Shown here: one piece after another, positions 21,445-31,774 of the stretch | Position numbering within the stretch: the stretch's first letter is position 1 | Layout: every line of letters starts with the position of its first letter | Assembly: GCA_964248365.1 (NCBI GenBank) | Contig: CAXTYC010000019.1 | Coordinates: forward strand, 1-64,000 | DNA from: an uncultured Chroococcidiopsis sp. | GTDB lineage: Bacteria; Cyanobacteriota; Cyanobacteriia; Cyanobacteriales; Chroococcidiopsidaceae | DNA: 64,000 bases | Direction of reading: 5' to 3' | Translations under genes and position numbers: made by a program | The notes under the pieces: model-generated | What the model was told of the DNA's origin: nothing | The model's input: only the letters and a program-made list of their open reading frames with translations | Database searches by the model: none

Positions 21445-23439
21445 ATGATATCCCTCTACTGCACCCAAGCGCACGAAAATCCCCCTGGAAGTCGTTTTTG
21501 TCTGCATTGTGGCGAAAAGCTAGCGCTGCCACTCAACGGCATTTATCCAGGGCAGATATTGGGCGATCGCTATTTGATGGTCTGTCAACTAGGATCTGGT
21601 GGGTTTGGACGCACTTATTTAGCCGAGGATACTAATCGATTTAATGAACTTTGTGTACTAAAGGAATTCGCTCCCCAAACACAAAGCAATACTTTGTTAC
21701 AAAAAGCAGAAGAACTGTTTGAGCGCGAGGCGGGTGTGCTGTACAAGCTGGAACATCCACAAATTCCCCGCTTCCGCGAACTATTTCGAGTAAATCTAGA
21801 CGGTAAGGTACACCTGTTTTTAGTACAGGATTATGTGGAAGGGGAAACCTACCGCACTCTGTTAGAAAGTCGTATGCAGCAGGGGAAGCGATTTAGCGAG
21901 GCAGAGGTAATTTATCTGATGCTCCAGATTCTGCCTGTTTTAGACTATATCCATGCTGTAGGGGTAATTCATCGGGACATTTCGCCCGAAAACTTAATTC
22001 TGCGGCGTAGCGATCGCCTACCAATGCTAATTGATTTTGGTGGCGTTAAACAAGTAGCCTTAACTGTTGCCTCGCAATTCAAACAGCCTGTAGGTAAAGG
22101 ATCGCCAGCAACTTTACTAGGTAAGGTAGGATATGCCCCCTATGAACAAATCCAAACAGGGATGGTGTATCCCCATAGTGATTTGTATGCTCTAGCCGCA
22201 ACCGTCCTAGTGTTACTCACAGGTAAGGAACCGCAAGAACTAATTGACGAACGTACATTGACTTGGCATTGGCGGCGGGAAGTAGATGTTAATCCCATGC
22301 TAGGGACTTTATTGGATAGAATGTTATCTCCTCGCCCCACTGACCGCCCAGCGTCTGCTCATCAAGTCCTACAAGTTCTCACTAGCAACAACGCTGCAAA
22401 TCAACCTTCTACACCGCAAACAGTGGCAACTGTTGCGATCGCCCCGTCTAAGGCTCCACCAGCTAAAATTTTACCCTCCATTCCTTCCCCAGCTGGTATA
22501 GCTAGTAACGTTTTATCAACTTGGGGAAAAAACTGGCTGGTGTTTCCCATATTTGTTGTTGCAGCGGGTGTAGGCTGGCTAGTTGTCAACAGTTGGTTTC
22601 AATTTCAATCGGCTTTTATATCAGGTAAGAAAACGCCCGATCTACAAAAGCCGTCTACCATTCCCACTCCCCCGTTGTCAGCAGCAGAACAGCAACGTAA
22701 AAATATATTGCGCGATCGCCGTCAACAGTTAGGTATTAACTATAAGTACTACATTGCCCTAGTAGATCAAGCTTTTTGGGAAAAATACCCCAATCAACGA
22801 GGACAGCGACTTAGCCTTAACCCGCAAGATGAGGCTTTGCGAACAAAGTGGGACGAAGTAGCACAGCAAATGTTAGATCGACTGCAGCCACTCAATCCTC
22901 AAGCGCGAAAACAGTTAGGTTATTATACCACAAAAGATCGCTCTCGCTGGCGCAGAGAACTTTACAAATTACACCTTAGTAGCCGTGCTTTGTACGATCT
23001 TGCCGATGCTACCTTTTTGGTGCTGTTTCCTCAGCAACGCGGGAACAATTACATGAATCAGCCCATTAGTCAAGTTTGGTATGCCTTGGCTGATGAAAAA
23101 TTTCAGGCGTTACTAGCTGGTACTGCTTACGAACAGATTAGTTTCGATTGGGGAACTAGTGAAAAACAAGTCTCAGGTTCGCTTAAACCAGGAGAGGGTA
23201 AAGCTTATGTGGCTGAGCTTAACCAAGATCAATTGATGAAACTCCAGTTGCAAGCAAATCCGCAAGTTTTGATTTCTGTCTATTCTCCCACAGGTAAGAT
23301 CAAACTTATGGAAGGCTCAAGCGATCGCACTTGGTCGGGTAAATTACCAGAATCGGGCTTTTATGAATTTGTCGTGGTTTCGACAGGATCTCAACCAATG
23401 GATTACCAACTCAAAATTACTGCTATGACTGGTAATTGA
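21445..23439 (+). CDS. Membrane-anchored Ser/Thr protein kinase with N-terminal zinc ribbon
   Basis: LGSGGFGRTY, IHRDISPEN, LIDFG and GYAPYEQ; TM helix near residue 370. Confidence 0.93.
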   Translation: MISLYCTQAHENPPGSRFCLHCGEKLALPLNGIYPGQILGDRYLMVCQLGSGGFGRTYLAEDTNRFNELCVLKEFAPQTQSNTLLQKAEELFEREAGVLYKLEHPQIPRFRELFRVNLDGKVHLFLVQDYVEGETYRTLLESRMQQGKRFSEAEVIYLMLQILPVLDYIHAVGVIHRDISPENLILRRSDRLPMLIDFGGVKQVALTVASQFKQPVGKGSPATLLGKVGYAPYEQIQTGMVYPHSDLYALAATVLVLLTGKEPQELIDERTLTWHWRREVDVNPMLGTLLDRMLSPRPTDRPASAHQVLQVLTSNNAANQPSTPQTVATVAIAPSKAPPAKILPSIPSPAGIASNVLSTWGKNWLVFPIFVVAAGVGWLVVNSWFQFQSAFISGKKTPDLQKPSTIPTPPLSAAEQQRKNILRDRRQQLGINYKYYIALVDQAFWEKYPNQRGQRLSLNPQDEALRTKWDEVAQQMLDRLQPLNPQARKQLGYYTTKDRSRWRRELYKLHLSSRALYDLADATFLVLFPQQRGNNYMNQPISQVWYALADEKFQALLAGTAYEQISFDWGTSEKQVSGSLKPGEGKAYVAELNQDQLMKLQLQANPQVLISVYSPTGKIKLMEGSSDRTWSGKLPESGFYEFVVVSTGSQPMDYQLKITAMTGN

Positions 23440-23520
23440 TAATTGGTAATTGGTAATTGGTAAAGAGTAATTGGAGAAAACGTCACCCATTACGCCGCAA
23501 TCTTGATGTTAAGGAAGCTC

Positions 23521-24138
23521 TTAATCGAAATCTGTGGGTAAATTTGGATTACGGTAGTGCTGGAAAAGTCGCTTGATTTGAGTGGGTAAAACTCGTCCTA
23601 GAGACAGTTCAGGAATTTCATTTTCGCCAAAGAAAGCCACTTCCATTGTTTCTATGCTTGGTGATGGTGAACCGCTAAGCAATTCGCATTGAAAAAATAG
23701 CTTATAAATGTAATGAGCTAGGGGTGGATGCCCTTGACGATCGCGATCGTATACAGCCAGCAATTTGACTGCACGGGTGAGATAACCTGATTCTTCCTGT
23801 ACTTCTCGCACAGCTACCTCACTGGGGGAATCACCTACATCAGCCCAACCACCTGGTAATGTCCAACAGCCGTCTTCTCGTTCCTTGACAAATAATAAAG
23901 TATCACCGCGAAACACTGCGCCACGCACATCAACTTTAGGTGTTGCGTAGCCTATTTCTTGGTTAAACAAATCGAGGACGTAGCTGGGTTCTTGGTTTGA
24001 GTAGGTAGCCATCATTTCGGCAGTAATAGCCTGTAGGGATTTGTATCGCTCTACATCAAAAGGATTTTGAGTGTAGGTAAGACCATTTTGAGCGATCGCT
24101 TGCAACTTTTTTGCCCATTCTAGCCACTTGGTATTCAC
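23521..24138 (-). CDS. NUDIX hydrolase with Nudix_N domain
   Basis: Nudix box PGGWADVGDSPSEVAVREVQEESG and GYATPKVDVRG. Confidence 0.92.
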   Translation of the reverse strand: MNTKWLEWAKKLQAIAQNGLTYTQNPFDVERYKSLQAITAEMMATYSNQEPSYVLDLFNQEIGYATPKVDVRGAVFRGDTLLFVKEREDGCWTLPGGWADVGDSPSEVAVREVQEESGYLTRAVKLLAVYDRDRQGHPPLAHYIYKLFFQCELLSGSPSPSIETMEVAFFGENEIPELSLGRVLPTQIKRLFQHYRNPNLPTDFD

Positions 24139-24279
24139 TATTTTCTCCTAATTGGTAATTGGTAATTGGTAATTAATAAAAAATGAGGGTAAACAAATGT
24201 TCACCCCCAGAGGCTTGAAAGACTAAAAAGTTAATTTTTGGCAATAGTAACTATGCGAATAATACTTAGTATTACTCTA

Positions 24280-24630
24280 TTATTTGCCTGTTACCTTATT
24301 AACCAGTTCTTCCGTTTTCTCTATTGCTTTTTCTACTAAGCCCTCACCTGGGTTAGCTTGTTTTTCTTTTTTGAGATTTTCTCGGTAAACTTTATCAGGA
24401 TCTTTTTCTGCTTTTATTTGCTCTTCGTAAGCCTGTTCTGGATCAATAGCATCTCCCTCAACTACTGCACTCTGTTTGTCCATTTTTTCAAACTGAGTTA
24501 GCTTTTGATTTTGTGTTACTGCATAGCTTGGCTGAGTGAATAATAAACTTGAAATCAACAAACCAAGCATAGCCACTAGCAAAATACTCCGCCGAAATAC
24601 TTGCTTTACGCTTGCGAAAATTTGGTGCAT
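24280..24630 (-). CDS. Hypothetical exported protein
   Basis: Signal peptide ending PSYA; charged C-terminus. Confidence 0.7.
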   Translation of the reverse strand: MHQIFASVKQVFRRSILLVAMLGLLISSLLFTQPSYAVTQNQKLTQFEKMDKQSAVVEGDAIDPEQAYEEQIKAEKDPDKVYRENLKKEKQANPGEGLVEKAIEKTEELVNKVTGK

Positions 24631-24948
24631 ATAAAATCCCTCCTTGTTGTTTTTATTACAGCTTTGTCAGGTATGAGGAAATATAATCACTCACAACCTG
24701 TGCAAATCCAAAGCAGCAAAGGCATCCTACGCGCTTATACTGGGCAATGCCTTCTACCGCAAGGTATATTGCAAAGGCGAGGGAAAAGGTAAAAGGACAA
24801 AGTATGAAGGATAAAGGGAAAGGGGAAAGGGGAAAAGGGAAAAGGGAAATCAATGATCAATGAACAATAAACAATTATCAATGAACAATAAACAATTGAT
24901 AATTGTTTATTGTTTCTAGCCCCAAGCCCCAAGCCCCTAGCCCCTTAA

Positions 24949-26151
24949 TTAGGCATCATCTAGCGCTGCGATACCTGGGAGTTCTTTACCCTCTAGTAGC
25001 TCTAGGCTAGCGCCGCCGCCTGTAGAGATGTGGCTCATTTGTTCAGCCACACCTACCTTCTCAACAGCAGCTACAGAGTCGCCACCGCCGATTATAGTGG
25101 TAACGCCTTGGTGGGTAAGTTCGGCAAGAGTACGGGCGATCGCTTCGGTTCCCACAGCAAACTTGTCAAACTCAAACACGCCCATTGGTCCATTCCAAAT
25201 CACTGACTTGCACTCGGCGAGAGCATTTTGGAACATCTTGACTGAATCAGGACCAATATCTAAACCCATTCCATCAGAGGGAATGTTGTCAACGCTGACT
25301 GTTTGTGCATTGGCATCAGCTGCAAACTTATCAGCAACCACCACATCTGTAGGTAATAGTAGGTCAACGCCGCGCTCTTTCGCTTTGGCTTCCAGCGACG
25401 AGGCTAGTTCCAGCTTGTCTTCTTCCACCAGCGACTTACCGACATTTAGACCACGAGCTTTGTAGAAGGTGAAAATCATTCCACCGCCTAGCAGCAGCTT
25501 GTCGCATTTATCCAACAGAGTTTCAATCACGCCAATCTTACTGGAAACCTTCGAGCCTCCAATAATTGCTGCTAAAGGACGCTGAGGATTTTCAATCGCA
25601 CTTTGCAGGTACTGCAATTCCTTCTCAATCAAATACCCAGCGACATTTGGACTGAGGTAGTGAGTTACGCCCTCAGTGGAAGCATGGGCGCGATGTGCTG
25701 TACCAAAAGCATCATTTACATACAAATCTGCATTTGCAGCTAGCTTTTGAGCAAATTCTGAATTATTTTTCTCCTCATCTGGGTAGAAGCGGACATTTTC
25801 TAGTAACAAAACTTGACCATTTTGCATTGCTGCTACTTTATTGGCGACTTCCTCACCAATGCAGTCATCGCACTTAACCACCTCTTGACCCAGCGATTCA
25901 CTAAGGCGCTTAGCAACGGGAGTTAGACGCAGTTTATCATCTACACCTTTGGGACGACCAAAGTGGCTGACTAGGATGACTTTTGCCCCCTTCTGCATTA
26001 AATCCTGAATCGTGGGAATTGCCGCCCGGATACGAGTATCATCTGTAATGTTACCTCCTTCATCCAGCGGCACGTTAAAATCTACCCGCACCAACGCTCG
26101 TTTACCTGCTAAGTCTGATGAGGATAAATTTGCTAGAGTTTTTTTGGACAC
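24949..26151 (-). CDS. pgk: Phosphoglycerate kinase
   Basis: [20 protein letters not shown] and [11 protein letters not shown]. Confidence 0.99.
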   Translation of the reverse strand: MSKKTLANLSSSDLAGKRALVRVDFNVPLDEGGNITDDTRIRAAIPTIQDLMQKGAKVILVSHFGRPKGVDDKLRLTPVAKRLSESLGQEVVKCDDCIGEEVANKVAAMQNGQVLLLENVRFYPDEEKNNSEFAQKLAANADLYVNDAFGTAHRAHASTEGVTHYLSPNVAGYLIEKELQYLQSAIENPQRPLAAIIGGSKVSSKIGVIETLLDKCDKLLLGGGMIFTFYKARGLNVGKSLVEEDKLELASSLEAKAKERGVDLLLPTDVVVADKFAADANAQTVSVDNIPSDGMGLDIGPDSVKMFQNALAECKSVIWNGPMGVFEFDKFAVGTEAIARTLAELTHQGVTTIIGGGDSVAAVEKVGVAEQMSHISTGGGASLELLEGKELPGIAALDDA

Positions 26152-26241
26152 AGCGCCAACCTCCTAATCGCGTTTTATTCAAGTTCATCTTATTAGTGCC
26201 GTCCACATTTTACCGGAGCGAGGGTATCCTAGTTGCCTGAA

Positions 26242-26652
26242 ATGTTTAACACTGTTTTGTTTCCGATTGATCAAAGCCGAGAAGCACGAGAAGCAGCCGA
26301 GGTTGTTGTCAATATTGTGCAGAAGTACGGTAGTCGCTTAGTGCTGCTATCAGTAGTAGAAACTGCCGACTCAGAGCAATCACCCGATGTTGAACTAATG
26401 GCTTCACCTGATAAAGTTGCACAGCTGCTTGAAAATGCCCAATCTGTTTTCACTGGACAAGGTATCGAGGCTGAAACTATTGAACGCGAAGGGAAACCCG
26501 CGTTTGTAATTTGTGATGTTGCCGATGAAATTGGCGCAAATTTAATCATCATGGGCTGTCGAGGAATAGGATTAACTGACGAAGGTATAGCCCAAAGCGT
26601 TACCTACCGCGTCATTAATCTTTCCCCTTGTCCAGTTCTGATTGTCCCTTAA
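26242..26652 (+). CDS. Universal stress protein
   Basis: MFNTVLFPID ... IIMGCRG ... SVTYRVINLSPCPVLIVP. Confidence 0.92.
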   Translation: MFNTVLFPIDQSREAREAAEVVVNIVQKYGSRLVLLSVVETADSEQSPDVELMASPDKVAQLLENAQSVFTGQGIEAETIEREGKPAFVICDVADEIGANLIIMGCRGIGLTDEGIAQSVTYRVINLSPCPVLIVP

Positions 26653-26879
26653 TGAGGGGCTAGGGGCTAGGGAAAGGCAAAAAGGATAAAGGTTGAAGGA
26701 TGAAGGTGTTAAAGGGTAAAGAGGTATTGCGGTAATTCTCAATTCGTGGGTCTCAATTCTCCTTCATCGTTCATACTTCACACTTCATACTTCATCCTTC
26801 TTGGCAGAGGCAATATATTGCGTCTCTACACATTTCACACTTCATCCTTCATACTTCATACTTCTCCTATCTCCTGACT

Positions 26880-27746
26880 ATGACAACTCCTCCGATTCAA
26901 TGGTATCCAGGTCATATCGCCAAGGCTGAGAAGGCGCTAAAAGAACAGCTGGGGCTTGTAGATGTGGTGCTGGAAGTGCGAGATACGCGGATTCCTCTAG
27001 CAACCCACCATCCGAAAGTAAAAGAGTGGGTTGGCAGCAAAGCGCGTGTGTTAGTGCTAAACCGAGTAGATATGATTTTGCCCGCAGCTAGGCAGCTGTG
27101 GCTGAAGTGGTTTAAGGAACAAGGAGAAAAGGTTTATTTCACTAATGCTCAAGATGGTAAGGGTGTGCCAGATGTGACGAAGGTAATGCAAAAAGCAGGA
27201 ATCGAGATTAATCAAAGGCGGAAAAATCGGGGAATGTTACCCCGTCCAGTTCGTGCTTGTGTGATTGGGTTTCCCAATGTGGGCAAATCAGCACTGATTA
27301 ATCGGTTGGTGAAGCGGCGAGTAGTCGAAAGTGCTGCTCGTCCTGGTGTAACTCGCCAACTGCGTTGGGTACGAATTTCAGAGCAAATAGAGCTATTAGA
27401 CGCGCCTGGTGTAATTCCGGCAAAGTTGGAAAATCAATTAGCAGCGGTGAAACTAGCTATCTGTGACGATATTGGGGATGCATCCTACGATAACCAAAGG
27501 ATAGCAGCTGCCCTAGTTGATTTGCTTAAAAACTTGGCGGCGAATTCACTACCTGATGTTTTGCCCGAAAATCCTTTACTAGCCCGCTACGAACTCGACC
27601 CTATAATCGTGACAGGTGAAGAATACCTGCATACTTTAGCCCAACTGCGCTATCAAGGCGATGTGGAGCGTACAGCAAGGCAGCTATTGACGGATTTTCG
27701 CAAAGGTTTTCTGGGTGCAATTCCCCTAGAGTTACCACCTGGCTAA
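26880..27746 (+). CDS. ylqF: Ribosome biogenesis GTPase YlqF/RbgA
   Basis: IQWYPGHIAK, GFPNVGKS, PGVTR and LLDAPG. Confidence 0.95.
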   Translation: MTTPPIQWYPGHIAKAEKALKEQLGLVDVVLEVRDTRIPLATHHPKVKEWVGSKARVLVLNRVDMILPAARQLWLKWFKEQGEKVYFTNAQDGKGVPDVTKVMQKAGIEINQRRKNRGMLPRPVRACVIGFPNVGKSALINRLVKRRVVESAARPGVTRQLRWVRISEQIELLDAPGVIPAKLENQLAAVKLAICDDIGDASYDNQRIAAALVDLLKNLAANSLPDVLPENPLLARYELDPIIVTGEEYLHTLAQLRYQGDVERTARQLLTDFRKGFLGAIPLELPPG

Positions 27747-27944
27747 AGCGAATTTATAGTGTTTTTCGGCAAGATAAACTATGCTTGAATACCGCCCTAA
27801 AAGTTGGTGGGTTAAAAGTAGGTGGGCATGGGTGGCATACTACGTCCGATTCAACGGACTTGATATGACTCAAGATGGGACAATAAAAACAAGTTGGTTG
27901 ATTTTTTCAGCTCTAATTGAGTGTGCAGCCCAAAGGGGTTAGAG

Positions 27945-28487
27945 ATGTTGAAAAGAATTGTAGCAATTGTGCTAGTGGTGTTGAGCTTGAGCCTGTCGGG
28001 TTGTGCTTCAGCTGTCTCTGGATTGAAAAGTTATGTAGATAGCACTGATGGCTATGAGTTTTTTTATCCTAACGGCTGGCTTCCAGTGAAAGTCTCAGAT
28101 GGTCCCGATGTAGTTTTACACGATTTGATTGAGACAACTGAGAATGTTTCTGTGGTAATTAGTCCTGTAGCCGAAGGCAAAACTTTGGCTGAATTGGGAA
28201 CTCCAGGGGAAATAGGTTATAAGTTAGGAAAAAGCGCGATCGCACCAGAGGATTCAGGGCGGGAAGCTGAATTAGTCGCCGCCGGTCAGTTCGATCGTCA
28301 AGGCAAAACCTACTATCTTCTAGAATATGCCGTTAAACTCCCGTTGGGGCAACAACGACACAATCTAGCCAGTGTTGCCGTTAGTCGTGGTAAACTGTTT
28401 ACCTTCAACGCCTCTACCCCCGAAAGGCGATGGCAGAAAGTACACAATGTACTTGAGGCAGTAGTTAAGTCTTTTACAGTCTCTTAA
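27945..28487 (+). CDS. psbP: Photosystem II lipoprotein PsbP (CyanoP)
   Basis: Lipobox LSGC; DGYEFFYPNGW, ENVSVVIS and RGKLFTF. Confidence 0.92.
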   Translation: MLKRIVAIVLVVLSLSLSGCASAVSGLKSYVDSTDGYEFFYPNGWLPVKVSDGPDVVLHDLIETTENVSVVISPVAEGKTLAELGTPGEIGYKLGKSAIAPEDSGREAELVAAGQFDRQGKTYYLLEYAVKLPLGQQRHNLASVAVSRGKLFTFNASTPERRWQKVHNVLEAVVKSFTVS

Positions 28488-28653
28488 TCAGCGGCGATCG
28501 GCGATCTAAGTACTAAGTATGAAGGATTAAGTATGAAGTATGAAGTGTGAAGTATGAAGTTTAAACCTTTACACTTTAGCCTACCCTTGGGAAACGCTTC
28601 GCGTACAACCTTCACACTTTACTGCAATACCTCTTTACCCTTTACCCTTTCAG

Positions 28654-29250
28654 ATGGGCGTTCCTAGATTTGTTCTTGCTTCTGCTTCTCCAGCTCGACG
28701 GCGTTTGTTGCAAAGCGCTGGGATTGAACCAATTGTTCGTGTTAGTAATTTTGATGAATCTACAATTCAATGCCGTGATCCAAAGCAGCTGGTAGAAACT
28801 TTAGCTCAGTCTAAGGCTACTACTGTTGCCGATCAGTTTGAATCAGAGTTGATTATGGGTTGTGATTCAGTTTTATTCGTCAATGGTGAAATTTATGGCA
28901 AACCAGCACACTCAAATGAGGCGATCACTCGTTGGCATAAAATGAGTGGTCAAATCGGCGATCTTTACACTGGTCACGCTTTAATTGATCTGAGCCAACA
29001 CCAAACTTTGGTACGCTGCCAGGTAACAAGAGTTTACTTTGCGGTTTTGAGCGATCGCGCTATTCAGGCTTATGTCGCTACGGGTGAACCCCTCAAATGC
29101 GCTGGCTGTTTTGCTTTGGAAGGTCGCGGTGGTCTTTTTGTAGAAAAACTCGAAGGTTGTCACTCTAACGTAATTGGTTTGAGTTTACCTCTACTGCGCC
29201 AAATGTTATCCCAGCTAGGATACGATGTCATTGATTTTTGGCAAAGCTAG
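28654..29250 (+). CDS. maf: Maf nucleoside triphosphate pyrophosphatase
   Basis: [19 protein letters not shown] and NVIGLSL. Confidence 0.94.
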   Translation: MGVPRFVLASASPARRRLLQSAGIEPIVRVSNFDESTIQCRDPKQLVETLAQSKATTVADQFESELIMGCDSVLFVNGEIYGKPAHSNEAITRWHKMSGQIGDLYTGHALIDLSQHQTLVRCQVTRVYFAVLSDRAIQAYVATGEPLKCAGCFALEGRGGLFVEKLEGCHSNVIGLSLPLLRQMLSQLGYDVIDFWQS

Positions 29251-29510
29251 GATATAGCACAAAATTGGCTTTTTGTTAACACTGCTTCGCCATGATCTGG
29301 AATCCACGTTACCCACTCATCTGCTGACAACTGACACAAAAGCAGTGCTTCTGCAAAACTATAGCTGCTTGGAAGTTCTAGCAACTGTACCCAAGTATTT
29401 GGCTCAAATTCCTGCTGCGTCGAAGGTGTGAAATTAAACTTGTTCGACCAGCCCTGATTCTGCCGTGACGGTTGAATAACGTTATCTAGCTGATAGGACT
29501 TCAGTTGCAT
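29247..29510 (-). CDS. Conserved hypothetical cyanobacterial protein
   Basis: [21 protein letters not shown]...[13 protein letters not shown]. Confidence 0.7.
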   Translation of the reverse strand: MQLKSYQLDNVIQPSRQNQGWSNKFNFTPSTQQEFEPNTWVQLLELPSSYSFAEALLLCQLSADEWVTWIPDHGEAVLTKSQFCAIS

Positions 29511-29871
29511 GGTTTTTTCCTTTGCTTTTGGTAGCGCCTCGTCCTGAACAGGTGTTCGGGGATGTACAGATGCAATTAATTGGGTTTCTACTAGGAGCCT
29601 GGAAAAGTATTTCCAGGCGGGTAATGGGGCTGATGCAACATCTGAATGCTACAATCGAGCCTTGTTACATCTAAATCAAATAATTTCTGTAACTTATGCT
29701 ACTAAATTTTTAATTCGTGTTGCTAGCAATTGTTGAATATCTTTACGTTGACGGGGAAGGGGCGCTGGCGCAGGGGTAATAAAATGGTGAATTATGAACT
29801 ATGAATGATAGAGTTTTCAAAATTTAGCATTCAGTATTCATCATTTATCATTTATCAATTAAGATTCCTGC

Positions 29872-30633
29872 ATGAAATCCACTTCTACATCCTCGCTGCG
29901 ATCGCAACAGCATACGCTAATTCGTCAGTTGGCTGATTGTATTGAAAACACTTGGTCGCGCTACCTGGAACTTAGCCCTTACCCCATGCCAGCCGAATTG
30001 GGTTATGTCGAAGGTAGACTTGAGGGAGAAAAACTGACAATTGAAAACCGTTGCTACCAAACCCCCCAGTTCCGCAAACTGCATCTAGAACTGGCAAAAG
30101 TGGGAACGACGTTGGATATTTTGCATTGCGTCATGTTTCCTCGGATTGAATATGCCCTGCCGATGTTTGGTTGCGACTTGGTGGGAGGAAGAGGGCAAAT
30201 TAGTGCCGCGATCGCCGATTTGTCACCTCTTAGTTGCGATCGCACTTTACCCAGCCACTACACTTCAAATCTTCAAGCACTACCAAAACTGGATTTTTCT
30301 CAACCCCGTGAATTACCAGCTTGGGGAGATATCTTTTCCCCATTCTGCTTTTTCATTCGTCCTGGTTCACCCCAAGAAGAAACAATGTTTCTAGAACGGG
30401 TGCAAGCGTTTCTGGAAATTCATTGTACGGCGGCGATCGCCTCTCAACCCGTATCATCAGCACAACAGGCGGAAATTTTGGCGGAACAGCACTACTACTG
30501 CACCAAACAGCAGCAAAACGATAAAACCCGTCGAGTGCTAGAAAAAGCCTTTGGTGCTGATTGGGCAGAACATTACATGACAACCGTTCTGTTTGATTTG
30601 CCCAATCAAGAGGGGCTAGAGGCTGGAGGCTAG
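29872..30633 (+). CDS. pcyA: Phycocyanobilin:ferredoxin oxidoreductase
   Basis: [19 protein letters not shown] and [20 protein letters not shown]. Confidence 0.97.
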   Translation: MKSTSTSSLRSQQHTLIRQLADCIENTWSRYLELSPYPMPAELGYVEGRLEGEKLTIENRCYQTPQFRKLHLELAKVGTTLDILHCVMFPRIEYALPMFGCDLVGGRGQISAAIADLSPLSCDRTLPSHYTSNLQALPKLDFSQPRELPAWGDIFSPFCFFIRPGSPQEETMFLERVQAFLEIHCTAAIASQPVSSAQQAEILAEQHYYCTKQQQNDKTRRVLEKAFGADWAEHYMTTVLFDLPNQEGLEAGG

Positions 30634-30712
30634 GGGCTAGGAAGGGGAAAGGGAAAAGGGAAAAGGTGAAAGGGTAAAGAGGTATTGCGGTAAAGGTAAT
30701 TCGTAATTCTCA

Positions 30713-30776
30713 CCTTGTCCCCTTGTCCCCTTGTCCCCTTGTCCCCTTGTCCCCTTGTCCCCTTGTCCCCTTGTCC
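30713..30776. repeat. Perfect tandem repeat (CCTTGTCC)x8
   Basis: Eight consecutive copies between the convergent pcyA and TetR genes. Confidence 0.9.
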
Positions 30777-30823
30777 CACTCTCCCCTGATTCCCCCTCTT
30801 TTCATCTCCCTAGCCCCTCTGCC

Positions 30824-31480
30824 TTAACAAATATTCTTGGAGTGCGAACAAAGTAGCCCTTCCATCAGTAAGCCAGTGGTGACACGAAACAGAGACTCGT
30901 AGACATCTGGAGTCTGTTCGTTAGACATCTCTCCAATTTGCTTGTATGTCAGCTGACCATCAATCAGTAGCATTGCCAACCCATGAGATAATGCCCAGGC
31001 AGCCTGCGCTAGTTGTTCTGGGTTCCCTGGGCGAATTGTTCCCATATTTTGTCCTTGGGCGATCGTATTGACGAACTGCATAAAGGCAAGTTTAATTGCA
31101 GTTGCTAAGGACGGATACGTTTTTTCTACATTCGCTCCATAAGCCCCAAACAAAATCCGATAGTGGGACGGATTTTCAATTGCATAGCGTACATAGGCAA
31201 TGAAACCCGCTTCTAATCGCTCCAATGGGTTGGAGATATGCTCGGTTGCCTCTTCAAGTGCGTCATTAAACATCCCAAACCCCTGCTCCGCGACGGCAGC
31301 CAGTAGCGCTTCTTTATCTTCAAAGTGCCGATAGGGGGCAGCATGAGACACTCCTGCTTTACGGGCAACTTCCCGCAATGACAGGCTACTAACATCTTTT
31401 TCCGCCACCAGTTCTAACGCGGCCTCAATCAGGGCTTGGTGCAAGTCTCCGTGATGATAGGTTTCTCTTTCTACGATCAT
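30824..31480 (-). CDS. TetR/AcrR-family regulator (WHG-type C-terminus)
   Basis: YHHGDL, SLREVARKAGVSHAAPYRHF and WALSHGLA. Confidence 0.93.
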   Translation of the reverse strand: MIVERETYHHGDLHQALIEAALELVAEKDVSSLSLREVARKAGVSHAAPYRHFEDKEALLAAVAEQGFGMFNDALEEATEHISNPLERLEAGFIAYVRYAIENPSHYRILFGAYGANVEKTYPSLATAIKLAFMQFVNTIAQGQNMGTIRPGNPEQLAQAAWALSHGLAMLLIDGQLTYKQIGEMSNEQTPDVYESLFRVTTGLLMEGLLCSHSKNIC

Positions 31481-31517
31481 TGCCTAGACATTTTTTTTAT
31501 GTTATTCGGGCTGGAAT

Positions 31518-31569
31518 ATGTTTACAATGTCAACATATTAAGTTAAACTCATGTTAACACTGTAAACAT
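31518..31569. promoter_or_regulatory. Two candidate TetR operators, consensus ATGTTTACA-N-TGTAAACAT
   Basis: ATGTTTACAATGTCAACAT (31518-31536) and ATGTTAACACTGTAAACAT (31551-31569), between divergent tetR and devB-like genes. Confidence 0.75.
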
Positions 31570-31774
31570 AAAAAGCAATTAGCTTTTAGCTTTTAGCAAT
31601 TAGCTTTTAGTAACTGATTGACTAATGAGTATCAAAAACACTCGAAAGCTAGAAACTGTGCAGCAGGGCGCTCCTCGCGCCTGGTAACTGGTGACTGATA
31701 ACTGGTAACTGGTAACAGCACTCCAGCTAATAGCTAACAGCACTCCAGCTAAGAAAATAAACGGTCAAGCTACC

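Noticed and set aside
24601..24932. Several 60-65 aa ORFs near pgk, and similar ones at 13556, 18462 and 37283
   Set aside because: Translations of short tandem repeats with no protein-like features.
29689..29702. GTA-N8-TAC NtcA-like box between the hypothetical gene and pcyA
   Set aside because: No TAnnnT at the expected distance in either direction; a 6-bp match is expected by chance.
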